Virus record (IMG/VR): IMGVR_UViG_3300032330_001398
Reading direction: 5' to 3' (one strand)
DNA: 64,000 bases
From: a virus
Lineage: Duplodnaviria > Caudoviricetes
The notes beneath the pieces were generated by a model. The model was not told where the DNA came from. It saw only the letters and a program-made list of their open reading frames with translations, and did no database searches. Positions 49,452-59,525 of this stretch are shown here, piece by piece; the first letter of the stretch is position 1, and the number at the start of each line of letters is the position of its first letter. The position numbers and the translations under genes are program-made.

Positions 49452-50296
49452 TGTAATCTTTCTATTAGTTGACCTAGTTTAACTACAGCCGTATGGCACG
49501 GTAATTGTGACAACAATGATTTTGTTCTATTTAAGCAAGTGTGTTTATTTTTAATGATTTCTTTTAGCGCTTTTGGATTAGTATCTTTAAACATATTTGA
49601 AATGATTTCTATCATCGGATCATTCTCATTGTCATTTTCATATGATACCTCATTTCCATAAAATACCGCATCATAAAAATACTGTGGTATAACTTTTCCA
49701 AACGGTTTAAAAATAATAGAATTATAACATGGATAGATATTGGATAAATACATGGTTGGCATAACTATATCAACAGCATTTACTAAATCATTATTTGTTG
49801 AAACATAGTGATAAGTTCCTTCTCTTTCTGTTATTTGGCTTTTAGACGATATCATGATACACTTATCTATACTATAGGATATCGATTTACTTCTACCCAA
49901 ATATACGTCAGCGCCATGATGAAGAACAAAAATATTAAACTTGCTTGAGGTTAAATTATGGTTTGAGTAATTGATAAAGAATAGTACTGAATTTATATCA
50001 TAGTGCAATAACATTGTTTCTACTTGAGATAGTTTTTCTTGATTAAGTCCGCTAATATTAACAACAACCTGTATGCTTGTTTTATCTTTTAGATAGCATA
50101 TTGTATCATGATTTATAAGCAGCGCGTGTGTTATATAGATATCTGGGTTAACAGAGTCAAACTTATCATAAACACTCATATTATTGCCTTGATGATAAAT
50201 AGATGATGAATAACCATCTATCGCATTAATGGTATTACTTAAATATAGAGGCTCTGTATTATTTATGGTGGAGTAATTATCTATAAGAAATTTCAT
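49442..50296 (-). CDS. Divergent GT-B-like protein
   Basis: PDIYI, FYDAV, IKNKHTCLNR motifs resembling CgeB-type GT-B C-termini. Confidence 0.45.
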   Translation of the reverse strand: MKFLIDNYSTINNTEPLYLSNTINAIDGYSSSIYHQGNNMSVYDKFDSVNPDIYITHALLINHDTICYLKDKTSIQVVVNISGLNQEKLSQVETMLLHYDINSVLFFINYSNHNLTSSKFNIFVLHHGADVYLGRSKSISYSIDKCIMISSKSQITEREGTYHYVSTNNDLVNAVDIVMPTMYLSNIYPCYNSIIFKPFGKVIPQYFYDAVFYGNEVSYENDNENDPMIEIISNMFKDTNPKALKEIIKNKHTCLNRTKSLLSQLPCHTAVVKLGQLIERLQCQ

Positions 50297-50298
50297 AG

Positions 50299-51036
50299 CT
50301 ACCTCGTTATTGAATGATAAGTTTTTATATTGTTGATTTTTTTAACGCTATTTGTGTTCGTTAAACATTGTAGCTTGTGTTTTGTTTTAATTAATTCGTT
50401 GAGAGCTTCAAAGATGAATTTATTTTTATATTCTGACAACGAGATAATCTTCCTTAGCGTTTCAATTATTTCATAGTTGTCCAGATACAATACCTCAGAC
50501 CATATTTTATACGCCCCGAATGAAAAATACTGAACTTGATTTTTTTCATCAATATTTAGACCGATTTCCAAATTTACACACGGTGAAGATTCAACAAAAA
50601 CACAAGAGTTAGCGTTATGAACCATGGATAGTATATTATTGTTTAACAGTAGATTTCCATCACAAATCAATACTTTGTTATTATTTGTATTGTTTAATGA
50701 TAACCTAACTGATTCACAAGAGTTAGAATTTTTGAATAGTTGATTTTCCACTATTCTTATGTTTATATTTCCATATTTTGACTTGACATACTTGCAGGTT
50801 TTTTCAGCATCAAATCCTATACATAGGACTATTTCAAAATTATTGAATGTTTGTTTGATTGCTTCTATTTGAATATCGATTAATTTTTTGTTCGAAATGC
50901 TTATAAGAGATGTTGGGCCGTATGATTTCATTCTATAGCCGGGAGAATCGCTAAGTAAAATTACCGTAACAAGATCATCGTTACGAGATATTAATCTTTT
51001 AGCTTTTGGTGATGTTATACACTTATTTTTTATCAT
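50299..51036 (-). CDS. Nucleotidyltransferase-fold protein (LicC/NTP-transferase-like, degenerate)
   Basis: VILLSDSPGYRMKSYGPTSLI, IVLCIGF, N...NS..S, ICDGNLL. Confidence 0.65.
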   Translation of the reverse strand: MIKNKCITSPKAKRLISRNDDLVTVILLSDSPGYRMKSYGPTSLISISNKKLIDIQIEAIKQTFNNFEIVLCIGFDAEKTCKYVKSKYGNINIRIVENQLFKNSNSCESVRLSLNNTNNNKVLICDGNLLLNNNILSMVHNANSCVFVESSPCVNLEIGLNIDEKNQVQYFSFGAYKIWSEVLYLDNYEIIETLRKIISLSEYKNKFIFEALNELIKTKHKLQCLTNTNSVKKINNIKTYHSITR

Positions 51037-51770
51037 AATACATCTATAGATAAATTTGATTCCAATGATTTTTTAATAACACCCTGCACATTAATATCAT
51101 AATTAGTCTGATTGTTTATTGAGCTTTCGATCTTATATACCATATTAGATAGCACCTTTGTTGTGTTAAGATTAAACAAGGTGGCTTGTTTTATATCATC
51201 ATTTATTAGGTTATTTAGTTTGTACAATTGAGAGAGTTCAGATTTATTTGAAACATCAACTATTGTATGATACGTTGAATTAGATGACCATATGAGATTA
51301 TGAACATATTCATTTAGATCAATAGTTTCTGTTATTGTGCATCTAATAGAGCAAAATATTTTAAATACATTCTTCCTAATGTTTTTTGAGCTTAAATTAG
51401 AATGAACTAGTGAAATACTAATCTTATCATTATAGTAGTTCAAATTTTTTAAAGTGTCAATTATATTGTCTGTATCTATATCACTATCTAGATTGTTGCA
51501 ATCTATAATAACATCGAAGCTTATAGCTGATTCACTCTTTATCTTATCGATATCTAGTAAACCGTTATTCCACTTTGGATTTCTATAGTAATTGCAAAAA
51601 CGCTCTATTACATAAAATTCCTTTTCATCATCATAAGCTTCTAAAACAGATCCCTTGAACTTGTCTATTCTATTAAAAGAACAGCCAGTTTGGGTTTTAC
51701 CCTCATATATCGAACATAAACAATTCTTACAGCTAGTTTTTATTTGGCTGTCTGGAAGCTTTGATTTCAT
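51033..51770 (-). CDS. Hypothetical protein, Cys-rich N-terminus plus possible degenerate GT-A domain
   Basis: CKNCLC...C...C; FDVII...LKNLNY...ISLV. Confidence 0.45.
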   Translation of the reverse strand: MKSKLPDSQIKTSCKNCLCSIYEGKTQTGCSFNRIDKFKGSVLEAYDDEKEFYVIERFCNYYRNPKWNNGLLDIDKIKSESAISFDVIIDCNNLDSDIDTDNIIDTLKNLNYYNDKISISLVHSNLSSKNIRKNVFKIFCSIRCTITETIDLNEYVHNLIWSSNSTYHTIVDVSNKSELSQLYKLNNLINDDIKQATLFNLNTTKVLSNMVYKIESSINNQTNYDINVQGVIKKSLESNLSIDVL

Positions 51771-52164
51771 AAAAATGTCCTCTAATGTTAGCGGTATCTA
51801 TTGTTAGATTTCCCCTATTTAATAAATCGATGATATCTTTTGAGCTATATATGGCTTTCTTTTTAAAAATAGCTTCGTTGAATGTTTTACTATCTATTTT
51901 ACCAGCTATAACATCTCTCGCTATTAATTGTAACTCAACGCCACCAAGAGTAACAATGCATCCCATCCTCATTTTCCTAATTATACTAGTTAAAAATTCT
52001 TCTAGCAGATTAATTGGAATAGAATCTAAAGCATCTACAGCAACTATCTCTACTAAAGAATTATCTGGATATTTATTTATCGTATCTATTTTGCCATAAA
52101 TAATAGGAACCATGTCATATCCATCTATTATATTTTCAATATTCTCCGTGATATGGACTTTCAT
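51733..52164 (-). CDS. Truncated class I SAM methyltransferase-like protein
   Basis: YPDNSLVEIVAVDALD...FL..I.RKMRMG motif; no GxG motif I. Confidence 0.5.
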   Translation of the reverse strand: MKVHITENIENIIDGYDMVPIIYGKIDTINKYPDNSLVEIVAVDALDSIPINLLEEFLTSIIRKMRMGCIVTLGGVELQLIARDVIAGKIDSKTFNEAIFKKKAIYSSKDIIDLLNRGNLTIDTANIRGHFYEIKASRQPNKN

Positions 52165-53156
52165 TTTTTCGAAACCTCGTAAATAGTGTTAAATACTTTA
52201 TTCCATTTATCAATGAATGCTTGCTCTGAAAATTGATTAAGGATAGTATTCCTAGCTTCTTGACCAATATTCTTCCTAATATTCTCATCATCCATTATAA
52301 GTTTTAGATATTGTTTTAGTTCGTTCTCATCATTAGAAATATATCCATTTTTCCCATTTTGTACAATTTCTGGAATCATACATGTTGAAGTAGAAACTAT
52401 GGCACACCCACAAGACATTGCCTCTAACAAAGATGTTGGTATGGGGCTTAATGTTGAACTATTAAAATAAACACAGCATTTGTTGTATTCTTCTACTAAT
52501 TCTTCTGTTGATGAAGCTGAAACTGATAATCCGTCAGTTTCGCCAACTAATCTTGTTGATAATCCGCTGGTTACTCTTTTCCAGCCGCTATAATTTAAAC
52601 AGTAGTCACGATTAACAAAATCATTAGCAACTGTTAGTATATCTTTATTTTTTTCTATTTTAGCTGGTTTAAATAATTCAGTATCAATTCCATGATGTAT
52701 TACTGTTGATGGGGCATTTATATCCCACTCTTTTTGAGAGTATTCCGATATGAATACATTTATATCACCAATCATATTCCTCATTGCTTCGATATCTTTT
52801 TCTGATATGGTTTGAGGTGTAGGAAGAGTATGTTCTAATACTATAATTGGTAACATTAAAGATTGATTAATCTGTTTGGCTATTTGATATTGCCAAAATT
52901 TACTTTGTACTAATATAAAATCATACGATATGTATTCACAAACTCGTTCTTCTGGGAGAATATGATAATTTTGCGGTGTTTGTATTTGATTGGTATTCCA
53001 CTTTTTCCCATTCTTGATATTGAATGAATAAAAGTTATGTCCAGTTTTTGCTAACTGAGTCTCATATCTTTCATGAGTTGGAAATGTTAATATATTGTAC
53101 TTCTTGTCGCTTGAGGTATTACAAACGTCAATTATTCTTTTAACACTATTTATCAT
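52161..53156 (-). CDS. GT4-family glycosyltransferase
   Basis: IHHGIDTELF; SPIPTSLLEAMSCGCAIV; EIVQNGKNG. Confidence 0.85.
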   Translation of the reverse strand: MINSVKRIIDVCNTSSDKKYNILTFPTHERYETQLAKTGHNFYSFNIKNGKKWNTNQIQTPQNYHILPEERVCEYISYDFILVQSKFWQYQIAKQINQSLMLPIIVLEHTLPTPQTISEKDIEAMRNMIGDINVFISEYSQKEWDINAPSTVIHHGIDTELFKPAKIEKNKDILTVANDFVNRDYCLNYSGWKRVTSGLSTRLVGETDGLSVSASSTEELVEEYNKCCVYFNSSTLSPIPTSLLEAMSCGCAIVSTSTCMIPEIVQNGKNGYISNDENELKQYLKLIMDDENIRKNIGQEARNTILNQFSEQAFIDKWNKVFNTIYEVSKK

Positions 53157-54261
53157 TGAGTAGTTCCTTTATCATGCTCCCAACATTCTTATATGAAAAT
53201 TTTTCTGCAATTTTTGCACCGGCTCGTCTATCCAGACTTGATCTATTTTCATAATAGAATCTCATAGCTTTTTTAATTTCATGTTCGCTTGGAATAAACC
53301 ATTCTTCTCTACCGGTAAAAATATCCATAAATGCCGGATCAGAATGACTACATATTGAGTATATACCGTTGATAAGAGTTCCAGTATTTTTATCTTCACT
53401 ATCTATGAATTCTGCTGGGCCACCCTCTTTGCTACATATGGGAGTTTTTCCATATCTCATAGCGTCAAAAGATGGTATAGACCATCCTTCGCCGTGGGAT
53501 GGAGCAACAAAGCAATCACAAGAGTTATGCAATACATCGATGAGCTTATCATCAATATCATCACCAATAATTAGTTCTTTGTGATAGCTCTCAATGTTTT
53601 TATACATCCTAAGTTCTTTTTTGATGTTGGTACATAAACTCTCACAATGTTTAACAATGTCAACTCCAGATACTCCATGTTTTTTGATTTTTAGTACCAA
53701 AGACACTGGCTCAAAGTTAGCAAATTCGCTATGAAAACATCTTATGATTGATTCAATATTTTTCCTATCATTGAGTTCACCAATGTAATAGAATTTAAAA
53801 TTGTTATTCGGAAATTTTAGTTTTGACTCAATTGGGCATTTTTTTGTTACATCAAAAGCGTGTGGAACGATATTTATTTTTTTGCTAAATCCATCATATT
53901 TTAGACTTTGCATCAAATTTTTATTTGGAACCCAAACCTCATCCATATTTTGTAAACAAACAAACCAAGGATTATAAAGCGATGAACTAGATTCTCCAAC
54001 AAAATAAGCTATGTTTTTCTTAAATTTTTGAGTACCAACCATATGGTGAGGTAATACGTGCTGTATACAAACATCTATATTGTCAAGCGATTTATTTTCT
54101 AGTTCTAGTATGGTATTTGGTATTTTTGGATTATTGTTTGTTAGTTTTATATTCCTACATGTTACATCTATACCAACACTATTCATGGCTAAGATTAGAT
54201 CTATAGCCGCTTTGGACCACCCGCTTCCTTCTTTATAATGCCCTATATATAAAACTCTCAT
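53146..54261 (-). CDS. GT4-family glycosyltransferase
   Basis: DEVWVP; RKN; DCFVAPSHGEGWSIPSFDAM. Confidence 0.85.
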   Translation of the reverse strand: MRVLYIGHYKEGSGWSKAAIDLILAMNSVGIDVTCRNIKLTNNNPKIPNTILELENKSLDNIDVCIQHVLPHHMVGTQKFKKNIAYFVGESSSSLYNPWFVCLQNMDEVWVPNKNLMQSLKYDGFSKKINIVPHAFDVTKKCPIESKLKFPNNNFKFYYIGELNDRKNIESIIRCFHSEFANFEPVSLVLKIKKHGVSGVDIVKHCESLCTNIKKELRMYKNIESYHKELIIGDDIDDKLIDVLHNSCDCFVAPSHGEGWSIPSFDAMRYGKTPICSKEGGPAEFIDSEDKNTGTLINGIYSICSHSDPAFMDIFTGREEWFIPSEHEIKKAMRFYYENRSSLDRRAGAKIAEKFSYKNVGSMIKELLNDK

Positions 54262-55913
54262 TTGATTAGCTCCAACCTTTTTTGTTCCCAGTGATTTCTT
54301 CTGTTACATAGATTAACCATATAATTATATGCTATTTCAAAATTGAAAGGATTTCTTGAAAGCTTTCCATCAAAAGCTGCGGCACTTTCGTTGTAATACA
54401 TACCGCCAGTAGTAGCTGTAGAAGTTTGATACATCAAATCTCTTATTAGTCTAGCTTCCATAAATGAGTTTAGTTTTTCTGGTTCGCATAAAACTTCTGA
54501 AATTAACCAACGGGCTAAACTTTCATGAGTTGTATTTTGTGGTATTTCTTCTGGTTTTGGTTGTGGTTGTTTTATTCTAGGTTTTGATTTCCAAGTTAAT
54601 TCTTCTGGTAATATCTCAACGCTATCAAAATAGTCTTCCCAAGCCTTTCCGCTTTTATCCCACTGATAATGTTTTAAGAACGCTTGTCTAGTTTCAAAAC
54701 CGTGCTTTCTTCTGATTGAAGATGGCTGGCTAAAGAACTCTATTAATTTCTGAGCGGCTAGTTCGTTATCTGGAACAGCCCTTAAACATCCCGTTTCTAA
54801 TTCTTTATATAGAGCTTTTGGTTTTAGTGGTATGCCACCAAGATTCCTCACAACACTTTCCATAGCTGAATAGTCTATAGACATTACTGGAACTCCACAC
54901 GCGGCAGCTTCAACTTGTGGTAATCCAAACCCTTCACAATTTGCATATTGAACGTATATATCAAATAGATTGATAATCTTAGATAAATCCTCATAGTCAA
55001 CACCATTCTTAACATTTGATAATGTTGCTCCAAATTTACCAGTAAATGGAGATTGAGCAATAGCCCCTTTGAATAGTGATGGAAATGGTTTTCCGGTTTG
55101 TCCACATATATAGGTGAATAAAACTTTTGAGGATAATTTATACTGTTGTAGTAATTCTGGAATATCCCATCCTAAATCTGGATAGCTTGTATGACAATAC
55201 AACATATACTTTGAATTATCTTTGACACTATCTAAAAGTATTCTAAAGGCTTCAAATAGATCTGGATATAATTTGCGTCTTTGGTTACGCATAACCGTGC
55301 CAATTATTTTATACTCTGGATCGATTCCATAGCTTTCTCTTAACAAGTCCCTATTATCTATTGGTTGATATGCTGGATGAGCAGAGGGTGGAGATATTCC
55401 AAGATAATTGATTTTACCACCAGATTGTTCTTTTAATACCTCTCCAGCCCATTCTGAGTATGTTAAGCAAGCATCTGCTGATTGATATGTTGCAACCCAT
55501 TGTCTAGCTTGAGGTCTTGCATCAACTGTTGGCATAATACACCACTTAAAAAATGGTCTATATGGAGATCGTTCAGCAAAATCAAGCATCCAAAAGTCTC
55601 TGATATCACAAACAATATCTGGTTTAAAATCTAAACATGTTGGTTCAAAAGCATACTCTCCAAATTGAGCTATTGGATTTCCATGATATTGCCTTTTCTC
55701 TTCCTCGCTAGCATTTTTATGAGGTATTGTTCCATAAAACTTCCAAGGAATTTCTGATGCTCTGGGATCATTTTGTTCGCCATATGCTGCTAATTCTGCT
55801 AATTCGTACTTACCAGTACTATGAAGATAATTTAATATCTCCCTAGTATATGTAGCATATCCGGTATTTAAAAATGTAGCCTCACTACAAAATAGAATTC
55901 TCTTTTTTCTCAT
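54258..55913 (-). CDS. GT4-family glycosyltransferase
   Basis: TGYA; RNQRRK; EGFGLPQVEAAACGVP. Confidence 0.85.
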   Translation of the reverse strand: MRKKRILFCSEATFLNTGYATYTREILNYLHSTGKYELAELAAYGEQNDPRASEIPWKFYGTIPHKNASEEEKRQYHGNPIAQFGEYAFEPTCLDFKPDIVCDIRDFWMLDFAERSPYRPFFKWCIMPTVDARPQARQWVATYQSADACLTYSEWAGEVLKEQSGGKINYLGISPPSAHPAYQPIDNRDLLRESYGIDPEYKIIGTVMRNQRRKLYPDLFEAFRILLDSVKDNSKYMLYCHTSYPDLGWDIPELLQQYKLSSKVLFTYICGQTGKPFPSLFKGAIAQSPFTGKFGATLSNVKNGVDYEDLSKIINLFDIYVQYANCEGFGLPQVEAAACGVPVMSIDYSAMESVVRNLGGIPLKPKALYKELETGCLRAVPDNELAAQKLIEFFSQPSSIRRKHGFETRQAFLKHYQWDKSGKAWEDYFDSVEILPEELTWKSKPRIKQPQPKPEEIPQNTTHESLARWLISEVLCEPEKLNSFMEARLIRDLMYQTSTATTGGMYYNESAAAFDGKLSRNPFNFEIAYNYMVNLCNRRNHWEQKRLELIK

Positions 55914-56575
55914 TCTAAAAATCCCGTTTCTCTGTTGTAATTTTCATATCTTGAATATGCTATTAATTTACGATCATAAGTGCAAACGTATCTATTACTA
56001 TCTTTATTCAAATACTCTTGACCAAATTGTATTTTTTCGTCACCATTAATGAAAATTCCCTCATGAGGTTCCGAACCTAAATAATCTGTTATGTTATCGT
56101 ACATACATTTTGTTGTATGTCCAATATAAGAAGGGGTTATAACTGGATTTGGTCCATGATAAAACATATCGTCTATACAACTATGAATGATTTTATTCTG
56201 TGGCTCACAAAATAACAGTGCTTGAAAAATATGATTTCTTGGCAACATAGCTGAGATAATACTAAAAAAAGAAACCCTATCTTCTATAATTTCTGATATT
56301 GGAAATTGATGCTCAATATCTATATCGCAATAATATCCACCAAATTTATATAGATAACAATATCTGAAAAAATCACCTTTGTTATATCCTAATTTAATCT
56401 CATTGAAGAAATCAAGATACTTTTTTTCATAATTATCATTGAGGAATACTTTTATATCGTCATCATCATAGAATACAATATCCTTATCTGGATTTAACCT
56501 TGCTATATTATCTATGATATAGTTGGGTATATCACGATTTTTCCAAGTTAAAACAATAGTATTCGGTATACTCAT
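55910..56575 (-). CDS. GT32-like (OCH1/Gly_transf_sug) DxD glycosyltransferase
   Basis: IP.TI..TW; DFFRYCYLYKFGGYYCDID. Confidence 0.85.
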   Translation of the reverse strand: MSIPNTIVLTWKNRDIPNYIIDNIARLNPDKDIVFYDDDDIKVFLNDNYEKKYLDFFNEIKLGYNKGDFFRYCYLYKFGGYYCDIDIEHQFPISEIIEDRVSFFSIISAMLPRNHIFQALLFCEPQNKIIHSCIDDMFYHGPNPVITPSYIGHTTKCMYDNITDYLGSEPHEGIFINGDEKIQFGQEYLNKDSNRYVCTYDRKLIAYSRYENYNRETGFLE

Positions 56576-56886
56576 TAGTCTTCAAAGTCTTGATTACAGA
56601 AATCAAACTCGTTGATTCTAAATATAACTCGCTGATCTTCTTTCGAAATATTTTTTGCGGAAGCGTGAACATTAAGTTTTGTTCCTTTTGTGGCATACTT
56701 TTCCAAAGTTTCAGCACCGGTATGCCAAGCTTCACACCAAACATATGTTGGTATTCTATTTTTCTCTCCGCTTTTGGTTTTTCTATAAGTATAGACAACC
56801 AGTTCAAACTCTGCAAGAGTAACCCCATCAACATCTGATATGGTGGGGTTCTCAGTTAAATATCCGGTAAAGCAACATATATTCAT
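56575..56886 (-). CDS. ssb: Single-stranded DNA-binding protein (short OB fold)
   Basis: MN....GYLT.NP...F.L.V...C.AW...AE...KY..KG..L.V; acidic tail DFED. Confidence 0.85.
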   Translation of the reverse strand: MNICCFTGYLTENPTISDVDGVTLAEFELVVYTYRKTKSGEKNRIPTYVWCEAWHTGAETLEKYATKGTKLNVHASAKNISKEDQRVIFRINEFDFCNQDFED

Positions 56887-56937
56887 CTATTTATCTCCTA
56901 TCTTTGTATATTAGCAGGTACAGCTTAAAAAAACACA

Positions 56938-58497
56938 TCAAATCTCATGAATTTGGTTGATTATGAAAGACGAATCATGGTCAGCAACGCTACCGCAAAA
57001 GATTAGATTATTCCCCTCGTATAGTACGTATTTGTATTTTTCTTTGACTTTTGGGAATACTATAACACTATCAAGTATACATGAGTCATCTTCTATTGTT
57101 AAAAATGACATCATTTGCCCCTTTGATTCACCCTTAGTTATTTTATAGTCAGAAACTCTTTGAACATTAGCAACTACGCACAAATCTTTACCCTTCTTAC
57201 CATTAACAATATCTTTACATGTTGTGTTAGCCGCAGAGGTATCCGATGTTTCAATCTTTGTCATTGTTACTGGACAACCCAAGAATTTAACTTCTTGATC
57301 TATTAACCAACTTGGTTCATCCTCCAAGTCATATGGAGGATTTACCAAAAGCTGTATCTCATTCTCTATAAATTGTTTTCTATCAGCTTTGCTTGTTCCA
57401 CCACCCTCTTTTTTAGTTGGAGCTAAGTCTTTCAAGCAATCGATAAATGTTTTCCATTTTTTAGATGGATACTGATTTAATATCCACGTTTTCTCAGCCT
57501 GTGTCAGATTTTTAAATATGTCATAATCATATAGCGCTTTATTCCTGCTAATTTTTTCTGAAAAATCACGATAGAATCCTATAGACGCTAACGCTTTAAA
57601 TGATGTTGAACTAACGTTAGAACTAAAGTATATCAATAGTTCAACCCATGAGAATTTGGTTATTTTCTTATTAGCAATTTTTTCAGCCTCACTAATAGCT
57701 TCTATTAACTTGTCGCCCGTTTTACCAGTTAATGATTTGATATCTTTAATTCCAAAGTATATCTTGCCATTCTTAAAATTGAACTTTGTGTCAAAGTTTG
57801 CAAGACTTGGAGTTCTTACTTGTATATCAAATAACTTCGCTTCCGAAATAAGCTCATAAACCTCTTGATGAGGGTCTTGTTTTTCATTAGCGTAATATAG
57901 GTATGATAAGAAGAATTCTGGAGTATTGTGAGCTTTATAATACGCACTCCAGTACGAACATACAGCATAAGATATGCTATGAGACTTATTAAAAGCATAT
58001 CTAGCGGACTTCTCAATCCATCCGAAAATTTGTTCTGCTTCTTCTTTTGTTACCATACCAACTCGCTGTGATCCCTCAATGAATGATTTCTTAACTTCGT
58101 TCATGAGATCAGCCTTTTTCTTTCCGATGGCCTTACGAAGAACGTCAGCCTCTTGTAGATTGAAACCGGCGACCTTCTGGGCTATACGCATAGACTGCTC
58201 TTGATAAACTAGAACTCCATACGTTGGCTTTAAGATTTCTTCTAGAGATTCATGTAGGTACGTAACCTCTTCCCTGCCGTGTTTTCTATCCACGTAATGC
58301 TGAGTCATAGACTTTCCATCAACGAAAGCTTTTAATGTTCCCGGCCTAATAATAGCAATAAGAGCAGACAGTTCTTCAATGTTGGTAGGAGCAACTTTCT
58401 TAGCCCAAGCTTTACCAAGATTACTTTCTAGCTGAAAAACACCTTTGGTCTTGCCTTCTGCAAATAATTGCCAAGTTTTTTTATCATTGTAGTCCAT
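56938..58497 (-). CDS. dnaE: DNA polymerase III alpha, C-terminal part (fingers, HhH, OB)
   Basis: GVFQLES, IRPG, TYGVLVYQEQ, LRKAIGKK, YAFNKSHS, IYFG...IK, MSFLTIED. Confidence 0.92.
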   Translation of the reverse strand: MDYNDKKTWQLFAEGKTKGVFQLESNLGKAWAKKVAPTNIEELSALIAIIRPGTLKAFVDGKSMTQHYVDRKHGREEVTYLHESLEEILKPTYGVLVYQEQSMRIAQKVAGFNLQEADVLRKAIGKKKADLMNEVKKSFIEGSQRVGMVTKEEAEQIFGWIEKSARYAFNKSHSISYAVCSYWSAYYKAHNTPEFFLSYLYYANEKQDPHQEVYELISEAKLFDIQVRTPSLANFDTKFNFKNGKIYFGIKDIKSLTGKTGDKLIEAISEAEKIANKKITKFSWVELLIYFSSNVSSTSFKALASIGFYRDFSEKISRNKALYDYDIFKNLTQAEKTWILNQYPSKKWKTFIDCLKDLAPTKKEGGGTSKADRKQFIENEIQLLVNPPYDLEDEPSWLIDQEVKFLGCPVTMTKIETSDTSAANTTCKDIVNGKKGKDLCVVANVQRVSDYKITKGESKGQMMSFLTIEDDSCILDSVIVFPKVKEKYKYVLYEGNNLIFCGSVADHDSSFIINQIHEI

Positions 58498-58855
58498 TTA
58501 AATAATCCAATGCTCTGTGTAATAATATTGTACTATCATTTAGATGACCTAAAGCTCTATTACATTTATGACATAGCCATCCTCTAAATTTTTTAGTGGT
58601 ATGGCAATGATCTACTACCCAAGGTCCAGAAGATTTACCACCTTCTCCATTACATTCTTGTCCAGATCTTTGACATATTGGGCAATTATATGTTAAGTCT
58701 GGTTCTTTGTGTTCTTTTCTTAAGTTTTTACGCAACTTACTCATAGCATTATTACAATTTTTACATTCAGATCTTGGATATGGTCTTCCACTATGTCTAC
58801 TGAATTTATCTAGTGGCAATGATTGTTTGCATTTACTGCATATTTTATTTAACAT
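58484..58855 (-). CDS. Endonuclease VII-family (His-Me) nuclease, putative homing endonuclease
   Basis: Start likely ATG 58855; CSKC..CKNC Zn finger; CPIC...VDHCH...RGWLCHKCN.ALG. Confidence 0.85.
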   Translation of the reverse strand: MLNKICSKCKQSLPLDKFSRHSGRPYPRSECKNCNNAMSKLRKNLRKEHKEPDLTYNCPICQRSGQECNGEGGKSSGPWVVDHCHTTKKFRGWLCHKCNRALGHLNDSTILLHRALDYLNGLQ

Positions 58856-59525
58856 ATAGACCACCATTCGCAAATGCTTTATCAAAAGTTATGTTCTGAT
58901 AGACTGATCGATGTGTTTTCATTAGCTTGATAAAGATGTTGGCCTCGTCCTTAACGTCTTGTAGAGCGTCGTGAGCATTTTCTTTGCTAAGACCCATTCT
59001 TTCTCGTAGAGAATCCATGCTAATTGACTTTACTGATGGATCACTTTCTGTCCAAACAAAAACATTATCCATAATATCAACCTTGTAAACTTTACTAAAT
59101 AGTTTCTGCTGCTCTCTTTCCTTATCCCAAGGACCATACTCTTTACAGAGTCTATTGATAATATGCATATCAAATCCAAGAATATTAAAACCAACAGGAA
59201 TAGGAGCAAAAAATGGATCGCCCTTCCAATTATATTGATCAACAAACTTGACAAATTTTGACCATACAGACTTAATAGACGGTGCTTCTGCTAAAGCTTC
59301 TCTAGTTTTACCAGTAATTTTTAAAGCCTCATCTTGAAGAGGATCTAAACCAAGAGATAAAGCTTCTTGATCATCAAGTATGGGTTTAATTTCACTATTA
59401 AATTGCCCTTTCATTGATAAGTTTCTACCATCAAGAGCTATTGCAGCAATCTGTGTTGGTTGGGTTTTGTGTGGATTTCTTGAACCTGTTTCAAAATCAA
59501 ATATAATATAATCTCTATTAGCCAT
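58845..59525 (-). CDS. DEDDh 3'-5' exonuclease (DnaQ/epsilon-like)
   Basis: FDFETG (ExoI), GFN..FD (ExoII), HDALQD (ExoIII). Confidence 0.88.
   Translation of the reverse strand: MANRDYIIFDFETGSRNPHKTQPTQIAAIALDGRNLSMKGQFNSEIKPILDDQEALSLGLDPLQDEALKITGKTREALAEAPSIKSVWSKFVKFVDQYNWKGDPFFAPIPVGFNILGFDMHIINRLCKEYGPWDKEREQQKLFSKVYKVDIMDNVFVWTESDPSVKSISMDSLRERMGLSKENAHDALQDVKDEANIFIKLMKTHRSVYQNITFDKAFANGGLYVK

Noticed and set aside
58484-59525. Split intein or group I intron joining the dnaE halves
   Set aside because: No intein terminal motifs; the interval is fully occupied by overlapping ORFs with no room for an evident intron core
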